Origin: Lactobacillales bacterium
Lineage (GTDB): Bacteria; Bacillota_I; Bacilli_A; RF39; UBA660
DNA: 64,000 nt
Assembly: GCA_015059545.1 (NCBI GenBank)
Contig: SVAG01000002.1
Location: 8,653-72,652, forward strand
Direction: 5' to 3'
The notes beneath the pieces are model-generated. The model did no database searches, was not told where the DNA came from, and saw nothing but the letters and a program-made list of their open reading frames with translations. The number at the start of each line of letters is the position of its first letter. Within the stretch, counting starts at the first letter, position 1. Below, one piece after another: positions 51,242 through 60,624 of the stretch. The translations under genes were made by a program, and so were the position numbers.

Positions 51242-52227
51242 AACCATACTCCATATATAATAGCAAGCATTGATCCTATTAATCCTACTATCCAAAATAA
51301 TTTAACAATATCTTTTTCATTCCATCCTAATTTTTCAAATGTATGATGTATTGGTGTCATTGGAAATATTCTTTTTTTAGTTAATTTATAATAATATCTT
51401 TGTATTAGACATGTTAATGTTTCTATTACAAATACTATACCAATTAGTATTAATAATAATTCATGTCTTGATAATATAGCAAGTGTTCCTAAAGTAGCTC
51501 CTAATGATAAACTACCTGTATCGCCCATAAATATTTTAGCAGGATTTACATTAAATACTAAAAACCCTAATATTCCACCTACTAATATAAAACAAAATAA
51601 AGCTATATCTTCATATCCTTCTAACCATCCTGTAGCATACATTATAATTCCAAATGTAGATATAGCAATTACAGAAAGACCTCCCGCTAATCCATCTAAT
51701 CCATCTGTTATATTTACAGCATTAGAAGTTGCAACTAAAACAAATAATATAAATAGTCCATAGAACCAACCAATATCCAATTTTAAATTAAGTGAATGTA
51801 TCCAAAGTAATGGTTCATTATCTGCTTTTAAAAATAAATAGAAAAATACAATTGCTATTATTATTTGTGATACTATTTTTTGTACTTCAGTTAGTCCTTT
51901 ATTATTATTTCTTTTTATTATTAAATAGTCATCTAAAAAACCTATAAGGGCGTATGCTAAAAAGATTAATATTACAATTATAAAGTTGTATGTTAGTTCT
52001 ATTTTATCTGTTAAATATAAAATTATTAGTGATACAATACTTGAAAATATAAATATTAATCCACCCATAGTTGGAGTTTTTGATTTACTACTATGTCTCT
52101 CTTCTAAATATATACTAAGTCTTTGATTAGCATGTTTTTTTAATATTGGTATTAATATAGTAGCAAATGTTACAGCAAGCAAAAATCCTATCATTAAAGC
52201 TAACACTGATTTTGTAAGTATTAACAT
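51238..52227 (-). CDS. mraY: Phospho-MurNAc-pentapeptide transferase
   Basis: TPTMGG, GFLDD, NAVNITDGLDGL, FMGDTGS, PIHH. Confidence 0.97.
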   Translation of the reverse strand: MLILTKSVLALMIGFLLAVTFATILIPILKKHANQRLSIYLEERHSSKSKTPTMGGLIFIFSSIVSLIILYLTDKIELTYNFIIVILIFLAYALIGFLDDYLIIKRNNNKGLTEVQKIVSQIIIAIVFFYLFLKADNEPLLWIHSLNLKLDIGWFYGLFILFVLVATSNAVNITDGLDGLAGGLSVIAISTFGIIMYATGWLEGYEDIALFCFILVGGILGFLVFNVNPAKIFMGDTGSLSLGATLGTLAILSRHELLLILIGIVFVIETLTCLIQRYYYKLTKKRIFPMTPIHHTFEKLGWNEKDIVKLFWIVGLIGSMLAIIYGVWL

Positions 52228-52228
52228 A

Positions 52229-54136
52229 TTAACCTCCTAACATTAGTTTAACTACTTCACCTTCATAAATTCTACTTCCACTACTAGGTGATTGATAAAT
52301 TACTTTTTCTCCATTACCTGTATATTCTACTTTAAAACTCTTAAGTTCTTTAATAGCTTCTTCTAATGTTTTTCCTTCAACATTAGGTATAGTTACATAT
52401 TTTTTATCATTAAAATTATATTTTTTTTCACTTGCACCATTTGGTTTTTCAATATCTAATATTCTAATTGCATCATTTAATACAGTTTTAGCAATAGGAG
52501 CTGCGATAGTTCCACCATATTGAGTTGCTCCTTTAGCATTATCAATTGCTATATAAACAACTACTTCTGGATCATTAGCTGGTAAAAATCCTATAAATGA
52601 TACGATATAATTTCCTACCATATATCTTCCATCTTTTACTTTTTGAGCTGTTCCTGTTTTTCCACCTACTCTATATCCGTCTATAAAAGCAGGACGCCCT
52701 GTTCCATTTGTTACAACACTTTCTAAAGCATATCTTACTTTATTACTTGTATTTTCACTTATTACTTTTCTTACTATTTGTGGTTTATTTTCTAATATTA
52801 CTGCGTTTGTTTCTGGTTCATTTATACTTTTTACAATATATGGTTTATATAATATTCCTCCATTAATTGCTGCACTTACTGCTGTTATTTGTTGTATTGG
52901 TGTTACACTAACACCTTGACCAAATGCTGTTGTAGCAAGTTCTACTGGTCCTACTCTATTTAAATTAAAAAGTATTCCTGTACTTTCTCCATTTATATCT
53001 ATTCCTGTTTTTTTACCAAATCCAAATTTATTAATATAATCAAATAATTTTTCTTTTCCTAGTTTTTGTCCAATTGTTACAAATCCTGGGTTACATGAGT
53101 TTTCTACAACTTGTAAATAAGTCTGAGAACCATGTCCACCGTGTTTCCAACATTTTATACGAGCATTTTCTACTTTTATACTACCTGAATCATGAAAGTG
53201 ATCATTTTCTAAATCTATTAAATTTTCTTCTAAAGCACTAGAAAGTGAAATTATTTTAAATGTACTACCTGGTTCATATGTCATCCATACTGGTAAATTT
53301 CTATTTATTTCTTCAGTAGTATAATCTTTATATCTGCTTGGTGAAAAATTAGGTCGTGATGATATTGCAAGTATCTCACCAGTTTTTGGATTCATTGCAA
53401 TTCCAAGTGCTTGATCTGGATTATATTTAAGTACCGCATTATCAAGTTCTCTCTCAAGTGATTCTTGTAATTCATAATTTATAGTTAATGTCATATTCAT
53501 ACCATCTTGTGGTTTTTCATAACTTTCTTCTAATTCTAATTTATTTCCTTTAGCATCACTTGTATATTTAATTGATCCATATTCTCCTGTTAGATACTTA
53601 TCATATGTAAGTTCTAATCCACTTAATCCTTGATTATCTATTCCAACAAATCCTAAAGTATGTGACATTAATTTATCATAAGGATAATATCTTTGTGATT
53701 CTTTTACTAAATATACACCATCTAGTTTTAAAGCATTTATTTTATCTGCTATATCAAATGATAATCTTCTACCTTCAGGATGTACTCTTTCTATTGATGT
53801 TCTTTTATTAACATGTTCATACATTTCTTTATATGATACATTTAAAATACTAGACAGTTCTTTTGCGACTACTTCTTTATTTTTTATTTGATTTGGTACA
53901 AGTACTAATGATACAGTTGTTTTATTATCCGCAAGCACTATTCCATTTGTATCATATATTTTTCCTCTATTTGATTCTATAGGTAAATTTCTATTCCATA
54001 AACTACTTGCTAAATTATTTAATTTACCATAACTTATAACTTGTATATAAAACACTTTTATTATTACTAATATAAACATCATTACTATTAAAAATCCTAT
54101 GATTTTTATTCTACTATGTATTGTCTTATAGAACAT
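52229..54136 (-). CDS. spoVD: Class B PBP, SpoVD-like, with PASTA domain
   Basis: YEPGSTFK, CWKHGGHGSQT..VVENSCNPGF (SpoVD-type), KTGTAQK. Confidence 0.85.
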   Translation of the reverse strand: MFYKTIHSRIKIIGFLIVMMFILVIIKVFYIQVISYGKLNNLASSLWNRNLPIESNRGKIYDTNGIVLADNKTTVSLVLVPNQIKNKEVVAKELSSILNVSYKEMYEHVNKRTSIERVHPEGRRLSFDIADKINALKLDGVYLVKESQRYYPYDKLMSHTLGFVGIDNQGLSGLELTYDKYLTGEYGSIKYTSDAKGNKLELEESYEKPQDGMNMTLTINYELQESLERELDNAVLKYNPDQALGIAMNPKTGEILAISSRPNFSPSRYKDYTTEEINRNLPVWMTYEPGSTFKIISLSSALEENLIDLENDHFHDSGSIKVENARIKCWKHGGHGSQTYLQVVENSCNPGFVTIGQKLGKEKLFDYINKFGFGKKTGIDINGESTGILFNLNRVGPVELATTAFGQGVSVTPIQQITAVSAAINGGILYKPYIVKSINEPETNAVILENKPQIVRKVISENTSNKVRYALESVVTNGTGRPAFIDGYRVGGKTGTAQKVKDGRYMVGNYIVSFIGFLPANDPEVVVYIAIDNAKGATQYGGTIAAPIAKTVLNDAIRILDIEKPNGASEKKYNFNDKKYVTIPNVEGKTLEEAIKELKSFKVEYTGNGEKVIYQSPSSGSRIYEGEVVKLMLGG

Positions 54137-54184
54137 GTTATCACCAATAAAGTATATGAAAAAAAAGATAAATTTATTATCTTT

Positions 54185-54724
54185 TTACTTTTCAATAACT
54201 ATATTATTATTTTTACTTTTCAAATAATCCATAGCTTCTTTTACATGTTGTTTAGATATAAAATATATTTTTACATTTTTTTCTATGTTTTTTCCTTTCA
54301 AATATAAATAATAATATCCTGGTCTTGCTTTTAAATAATTGTATCCTAAATGTAAATAAAGCATAGACTCAATATCATCTAATTTTAAAATATAAAAATC
54401 ATTTGATGATATTACAAACACATGATTATCTCCTATATATAAACTTGAAAATTGTTTTGAATTACTATATTCTTTATCTAATTCTTCATAATTAGGTATA
54501 TTAGTATAATTATTAATATTAATTTTATAATTTTTAATATTTATAAGTCCACTAATAAAATATACTAAACATGCGATTGACCATAACACTAAACATACTA
54601 TTTTTCCAAACATTTCTACATCATCAGCTGATAAAATAACATATACTACAATTATTTCAAATAAACATGATAATATAATTTTTAATAATCCTTTATTTCT
54701 TAATTTTTTAATTAATTTATTCAT
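54185..54724 (-). CDS. 2-TM membrane protein with soluble C-terminal domain
   Basis: Hydrophobic hairpin followed by a beta-rich region. Confidence 0.65.
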   Translation of the reverse strand: MNKLIKKLRNKGLLKIILSCLFEIIVVYVILSADDVEMFGKIVCLVLWSIACLVYFISGLINIKNYKININNYTNIPNYEELDKEYSNSKQFSSLYIGDNHVFVISSNDFYILKLDDIESMLYLHLGYNYLKARPGYYYLYLKGKNIEKNVKIYFISKQHVKEAMDYLKSKNNNIVIEK

Positions 54725-55439
54725 TATTTACCACCATTTTATATTTATTTTTAAAATACTCTAAACTATCATTAAGTATTGTATTTCCATTTTCAAAGAC
54801 TAAATTTTTATTTTTTACAAATTCAAAAAGTTCTTCATCAGACATATTTTCTCTTAAATATCTACCAACTATATGAAAGAAATGATAAGCATTGTATTCT
54901 TCTGTTTTAATATTTCCTTTTTTAAAATCTAAATCATTCATTTTAGGAAGATTTTCTTTATTTAAATACTTTTTTATATATTCTATAAAAATACCATTAT
55001 TTAATTCATCATCTATTTCACCAGAAAAATTAGCAGCTAACGACTCATCTAACCATACAATTCTATCAATATCAAATTTTTCATATATGTTTTTTTGAAA
55101 TATAATATGAAATGTTTCATGAGCTAATGTTCTAAATTTTTTATTCAAATTATCTTTATCTACTAAAATTTGTGCTTCTCCACCATAAAAACATCCTGTA
55201 GCCCATTCTGGTGGTAAACCTTCATTAGGAGCAATATATTTTATTCTAGTTAAAAAGTCTTTTCTATTATCAAAAAATGATCCTTTTAATTTTTTTAACA
55301 ATTTATCTTCTTTAAAAAAATTTAAGTACTCTTTTAATTTGACAGTTGAATAATTCATAACATCTTTTCCAAAATCTTCATATTTTTTATCAATATAGAT
55401 TTCATAAAAATTATTACTTAATATTATATATTCATTCAT
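54717..55439 (-). CDS. Gluzincin (peptidase MA-like) metallopeptidase
   Basis: LAHETFH...WLDESLA. Confidence 0.75.
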   Translation of the reverse strand: MNEYIILSNNFYEIYIDKKYEDFGKDVMNYSTVKLKEYLNFFKEDKLLKKLKGSFFDNRKDFLTRIKYIAPNEGLPPEWATGCFYGGEAQILVDKDNLNKKFRTLAHETFHIIFQKNIYEKFDIDRIVWLDESLAANFSGEIDDELNNGIFIEYIKKYLNKENLPKMNDLDFKKGNIKTEEYNAYHFFHIVGRYLRENMSDEELFEFVKNKNLVFENGNTILNDSLEYFKNKYKMVVNNE

Positions 55440-55449
55440 ATTATCATAC

Positions 55450-56262
55450 TCACTTTCTTAATTCTTTTATTTTTACAAATTCAGGTTTTCTTTCATGAAA
55501 AATTGTGATTTCATTAAATCCAATATCTTCAAGTATATTAAATGCAATATCAAAGTCTTTAGCTAAATGTTCTATTTTATGGGCATCAGAACCTACTGTC
55601 ATTATTTTACCACCTAACTCTTTATATCTTTTTAATATATCTATATTAGGATGAGGATTACCTAGACCATATCTAATTCCTGAAGTATTTATTTCTATTC
55701 CTTTATCTTTTAAAATTAGTAATTTTAAAATTTCATCAAGAATATCTTTAAATTCATCATATTCAATCTTTTTTTCTAAATATCCACCATATCTAACAAC
55801 ATAATCTAAATGACCATATACATCAAATTCATTATACAATTTTATATTTTCTAATACTTCATTAAAATATCTTAAATAAGCTTCTTTTCTAGAATATCCT
55901 TCAAAGAATGTTTTATCCATTGCCATATCTTTTTTACAAGTAATATGTGATGAACCTATAATAAAATCAAAAGGATACTTTTTAACCGTTTCTTTTATTC
56001 TACTTACAATATCAGGTTGTAATCCTATTTCGATACCAAAATTAATTCTAGTATCAGTTTCATTTTTTAAATTTTTATAACAATTGTAATAATTTTCAAC
56101 ATCTAATGTTTTTAAGTTTGTTTCTAATCCATCATATATATCATAGTGTTCTGTAAAAGTAATCTCATCAACATTCATTTTGTTTCCTACTTCTAAGTAT
56201 TCTTTCATACTTGACATTCCATCATGACTTATTGTTGTATGAACATGATTATCTTTAAACAT
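55450..56262 (-). CDS. HisJ-family PHP phosphatase
   Basis: DNHVHT, FTEH, IGSSH, GHLD, EINTSG, GSDAH. Confidence 0.88.
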   Translation of the reverse strand: MFKDNHVHTTISHDGMSSMKEYLEVGNKMNVDEITFTEHYDIYDGLETNLKTLDVENYYNCYKNLKNETDTRINFGIEIGLQPDIVSRIKETVKKYPFDFIIGSSHITCKKDMAMDKTFFEGYSRKEAYLRYFNEVLENIKLYNEFDVYGHLDYVVRYGGYLEKKIEYDEFKDILDEILKLLILKDKGIEINTSGIRYGLGNPHPNIDILKRYKELGGKIMTVGSDAHKIEHLAKDFDIAFNILEDIGFNEITIFHERKPEFVKIKELRK

Positions 56263-56277
56263 ATATATTTCCTCTTT

Positions 56278-57618
56278 CTATTTTTTTATTTTTATATTAA
56301 ATTCTTGATTTACTCCATCAATATAATATTCTCTCATATCTTTTAGTATTTCTTTTACTATTTTCAATGATAATTCTCTTACTGTTATATCAGTTGCATC
56401 AAATAATTTAAAATTAACACTATTATCATTAGCAAACTTTTCCATATTTTTAAGTGATGTATTATATTCATTAACATTTTGTTCATTTAAAAATGTTCTT
56501 GATTCAAGTGACAGATTAGCATTATAATCTCTTCTTAAAGATGTTAAACTATCTGTATATGTTCCTATTATTATATTAATTTTTTCTTTTATAATTGGTA
56601 AATAGTAATTTAAATATTCTTCGTATTCTTCTTTTGTCATACCACTCTTTAGATATAATCTATCTATCCATATTGCTCTATCAAAAAGTGATCTATCTAT
56701 TAATATAATATCTGGATTTTCTTCTATTGTTTCTTCTAAATCTTTTAATACATATTTAGGTATTTCTGTATTAACAACTTTTTTATATTTATCTTTTAAT
56801 AATGGTTTTACTTCTTCTTTATATTTTTTTGATGTTGTAAATTCTTCTAATAAAACAACATTAAAATTAGCTTTTTTAAAGAAATCGTATAAATTATTTA
56901 TTATAGTAGTCTTTCCTGTTCTTGGAGTTCCTGTAAATTCTATAACATATGGTTTATTATTAAAAACACTTTTTAATTTATATAATTCTTGTTTTTGATA
57001 ATGAATTTTTAATAATTCATCATATTCTTCATTATTATTAAAAATTGTATTTTTTATATAATTATCTTTTTTATTACTAAAAATATAATCTATTAATTCT
57101 TTTAATCTTACAAATAATGGATTATTTTTATCTTCCTTTTCTATTAAACTTTCATATACACTTTCATAATACCATTTTTGTTTTCTAAATCCTCTTTTAA
57201 ATGAAGAAAAATCATATTCTCCTTTTATTTCACTCATTATTCTTAAATCTTCTAAGTTACTTATTTTATCAGCACATACTACAGCTTTATGTCTTAAATC
57301 CATATTTTTAATAGTATCTATTGTGTGTTGTTTTCTTTCTTCCCAAGATAGTGATTTATCTGGTTCTGATGCTGTTATAACTAAAGATCTTATATCTTCT
57401 CCGAATATTTTTAATATATCTTCTTCAGTATACTTTGTGTCCTCTACTACGTCATGTAAGAAACCTGCCGCAACTACATTTTTATCAAAGCCTGCTTCTT
57501 TTAATATATTAGCTACATTTATTGGATGTATAATCATTGGCTTTTCTTTTTGTGATTTTCTAACTTGTCCAGCATGTGCTTCTATAGCAAACATCTTTGC
57601 TTTTTCTTCTATATTCAT
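56278..57618 (-). CDS. SpoT/Mesh1-like HD hydrolase fused to P-loop nucleotide-kinase-like domain
   Basis: AH.GQVRK..PMIIHP, LHDVVEDT, ADKISNL; then IEFTGTPRTGKTT and LIDRSLFD. Confidence 0.82.
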   Translation of the reverse strand: MNIEEKAKMFAIEAHAGQVRKSQKEKPMIIHPINVANILKEAGFDKNVVAAGFLHDVVEDTKYTEEDILKIFGEDIRSLVITASEPDKSLSWEERKQHTIDTIKNMDLRHKAVVCADKISNLEDLRIMSEIKGEYDFSSFKRGFRKQKWYYESVYESLIEKEDKNNPLFVRLKELIDYIFSNKKDNYIKNTIFNNNEEYDELLKIHYQKQELYKLKSVFNNKPYVIEFTGTPRTGKTTIINNLYDFFKKANFNVVLLEEFTTSKKYKEEVKPLLKDKYKKVVNTEIPKYVLKDLEETIEENPDIILIDRSLFDRAIWIDRLYLKSGMTKEEYEEYLNYYLPIIKEKINIIIGTYTDSLTSLRRDYNANLSLESRTFLNEQNVNEYNTSLKNMEKFANDNSVNFKLFDATDITVRELSLKIVKEILKDMREYYIDGVNQEFNIKIKK

Positions 57619-57630
57619 AAAACCCTCCTG

Positions 57631-58305
57631 CTATTTTATTTTATTATTAAAATATTTATTATTATAATATTCAACTGATTTATAAGTTAAATCTTTACTT
57701 ATCAAATCTAATTTATTTTTATCTTTTAATAATTCTAAAAAATTCTTCTTTCATAATGTTTCAATCAGATACGAAACTATTAAATAAGAATAGTCATAAC
57801 TATCATATTCATGTCTACCAAATTCATTTATTAGTTCTTCCATTTCTGGTACTTCAATTTTATTTATATAATTTTCTAATAAATACTTAATTCCTTTACT
57901 ATATGTTCCATCTAAATAATTAGCAATTCCTTCATTTATCCATTCTGGTGTTGTTCCATATATTAAATATTGAATACCATGTATTTCTTCATGAAATATA
58001 ACTTTTTTATATTCTTCTTTATTCCATTCATTTTCACTATACTCATCTTTTGGTTCAAAATAGTTTAATGAATTATCTTCATCTTTGTGGCATGCACACA
58101 TATAATCAGGATCTTCTTTAAAACCTCTTTTTAATAATCCTTCTTTTAACTCTTGTTGTGTATCATAAATATAAATATTAAAATTAAATTGTCCATTATC
58201 TTCTACTTCAAAAAAATCTAATATTTCTTTTTTTCTTTGATTTAAAATATTTTCTACTTCATCTTTATAATTTGATGTTCTATTTGTACATATATATTTA
58301 TTCAT
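57631..58305 (-). pseudogene. Gluzincin metallopeptidase with in-frame TGA at 57751-57753
   Basis: FHEEIH...WINEGIA. The frame continues 39 codons past the TGA to TAG at 57631, and this tail aligns with the C-terminus of paralogue 54717-55439. Confidence 0.75.
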
Positions 58306-58360
58306 AAAATCACCTACTAAAATTATATCACAAAAAAACAAAATATAATTTATATTTTGT

Positions 58361-59830
58361 TTAAATATGTCTACTACTTATAGATTCATTTATCTTAGAA
58401 TAAAAATTCATATTCCACATTTTTCCATTAATATAATATGATTCTAATCTAATTCCATTTAATTCAGCAACTTTTTCATGTAATTTTATTGATGGATTAT
58501 TAAAATCAAATACCGCACTTGTTACACTTGCATAACCTATTGAAAATAATTCTTCATAAAATTTATTTATAACTTGTGTTCCAAGTCCTTTTTGTTGTAA
58601 TTTTGGTGAAATTCCAATTTCTATTTCTGCATTTTTGTTTTCAGCATTATTTCTTAAAATATTTATATATCCACAATAATCTTTTTTATCATCTACTAAT
58701 ATATAACTATAATTCATAAATGCTTTAGATATTCCATAATTACCATTACCTTTTTGTAAAATATATTTATCTTCTCCTAGAGGTATAGTAAATTCTTGTC
58801 TTGCTTGCATTGCTTCTATATGTCCATCAAGTATATTATCTATATTATTAGTATCTAATACGTTTGGTGAAACTAATTCATATTGATCATTTATTTTAAT
58901 AATTGGATCTAATTCTTTTTTATCTATTTCTAATGTTGATAAACTGATTTTTTTATTTTCAGGAATGTATATTCCATTTACTTTTTCCATATTAGGTATA
59001 TGTTGATACATTAATTTTGATTCAAGGTCATTTTCATTAATTGAACTAAATGGTATTTCACCATAATAATTCATTGATGTATTTTCTATTATTTTTTGTA
59101 AATTTGTATCACTTCCAGTAACAGATAATGTTACATTATGAATATTTGAATTATGAACAAAATTTAAATATTCATCTATAATTATATTTGGTAATTCACC
59201 TATTACATCTTCTCCTAATTTTTTATCTAGAAAAATATTTAGATTTGCTCTTTTATTTGACCATATTAAATTAGTTAATCCTATTATACCAATAACTTGT
59301 CCACTACTTTTAATTGTACATGGCATTTGCATTTTAGGAATATTATATTCTTCATTAAAATACTCTATTGTTTCTTCTGTTATTCCTTTTTCTATCATAT
59401 TACTTGGTATAATTATATTAGTTTTTGATTCTACAATATTTGTTTCATATTGTTGTTTATCTTTAGAAAAATAACAATATTCTTTTATACTAATTAAATT
59501 AAGACTTTCTTTAATCCATTTTTTATATTCATCTAAAATTTCTTTTATTTCTTCTTCTAATAAACTATCACTTGTTTCAAATCTTATTGATGTTGATTGA
59601 TTTTGTGCTTCATATTCATAAACACTTATATATCCGATATAATTATTAGTTTTTTTATCAATAATAGATGCTCTATATGTTGTTGGTAAACTTTTCATTA
59701 TTTCTTCTGTTTCTTCTATTGATAAATTAGAATTTTCCATTATCAATTGTTTAGAGTTATCTTGGTATGCATCAAAACTACCAATATAATATTTATCAGT
59801 TTCTAATTTTTTTATAAAATTACTATTCAT
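58361..59830 (-). CDS. Multi-domain (2-3x) GNAT acetyltransferase, RimJ/RimL-like
   Basis: IGYISV; IGIIGL..W.NKRANL; EIGISPKLQQKGLGT..N.PSIKLHEK. Start at 59830 behind AAGGAG. Confidence 0.8.
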   Translation of the reverse strand: MNSNFIKKLETDKYYIGSFDAYQDNSKQLIMENSNLSIEETEEIMKSLPTTYRASIIDKKTNNYIGYISVYEYEAQNQSTSIRFETSDSLLEEEIKEILDEYKKWIKESLNLISIKEYCYFSKDKQQYETNIVESKTNIIIPSNMIEKGITEETIEYFNEEYNIPKMQMPCTIKSSGQVIGIIGLTNLIWSNKRANLNIFLDKKLGEDVIGELPNIIIDEYLNFVHNSNIHNVTLSVTGSDTNLQKIIENTSMNYYGEIPFSSINENDLESKLMYQHIPNMEKVNGIYIPENKKISLSTLEIDKKELDPIIKINDQYELVSPNVLDTNNIDNILDGHIEAMQARQEFTIPLGEDKYILQKGNGNYGISKAFMNYSYILVDDKKDYCGYINILRNNAENKNAEIEIGISPKLQQKGLGTQVINKFYEELFSIGYASVTSAVFDFNNPSIKLHEKVAELNGIRLESYYINGKMWNMNFYSKINESISSRHI

Positions 59831-59843
59831 ATTAATTACTCCT

Positions 59844-60536
59844 TTACTTTGTTTTTCTATATTTTTTTGCTTCTTCAATAAAATAAGTAAATAATTTTTG
59901 TGAGTTCTCATCATAAATTTTTTCAGGATGCCACTGAACTCCTATACAAAAGCTAGAATTTGGATTTTCTATTGCTTCGATTATCCCATCTTCTTTTGAT
60001 ATTGCAGAAATATTATTTATACCACTATTTGGTACATAATAACTATGATAACTATTTACTAATATTTCTTCTTTCATTATTATATCATATAATAATGAAT
60101 TTTTGTCTAAACGAATACTGTGTGAATATTCTTGATTACTTTTATGAATATCTGTTGGACATTTTTCTAATTGAATATTACTACCTTCCCTAACTATAAC
60201 TTGCATTCCAGCGCATATTCCTAAAATTGGTATGTTAATCATATTTGCATAATTACAAATATAATAATCATATCCATATGTTTTAAATCCACCTGGCATA
60301 ATAATAGCATCACATACTTCTATAACTCTATTTAAATTATTCATTTCTTCCATAGTTAATTTTTCTACATCTTTGGGTGCGATACTATTATATGATATAT
60401 TTTGTGGAGGTAAAATTGTTATTGGTATACCACCTGATTCTATAACTGCATTTTTATATGTTTCTTCTGTTACTTCAACATCATATTTATTAAATATAAT
60501 ACCTGGTCTTCCGACTATTCCAATTATTGGTTTCAT
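59844..60536 (-). CDS. Peptidase C26 / gamma-glutamyl hydrolase (class I GATase-like)
   Basis: MPGG, LGICAGMQ, VNSYH, GVQWHPE. TTGACT-16-TATAAT promoter at 60563-60590. Confidence 0.9.
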   Translation of the reverse strand: MKPIIGIVGRPGIIFNKYDVEVTEETYKNAVIESGGIPITILPPQNISYNSIAPKDVEKLTMEEMNNLNRVIEVCDAIIMPGGFKTYGYDYYICNYANMINIPILGICAGMQVIVREGSNIQLEKCPTDIHKSNQEYSHSIRLDKNSLLYDIIMKEEILVNSYHSYYVPNSGINNISAISKEDGIIEAIENPNSSFCIGVQWHPEKIYDENSQKLFTYFIEEAKKYRKTK

Positions 60537-60624
60537 ATATATTCCTCTTTCTTTTTGAAAATATTATATACTTTTTTTCAAAGAAGTCAATTTAATAATA
60601 AAAAAGATAAATTAATATTTATCT

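Noticed and set aside
57751-57753. Genome-wide TGA recoding (code 4 or 25)
   Set aside because: TGA terminates genes in ATGA overlaps (32100, 35558, 51238), TGG encodes Trp, and the conserved genes are uninterrupted.
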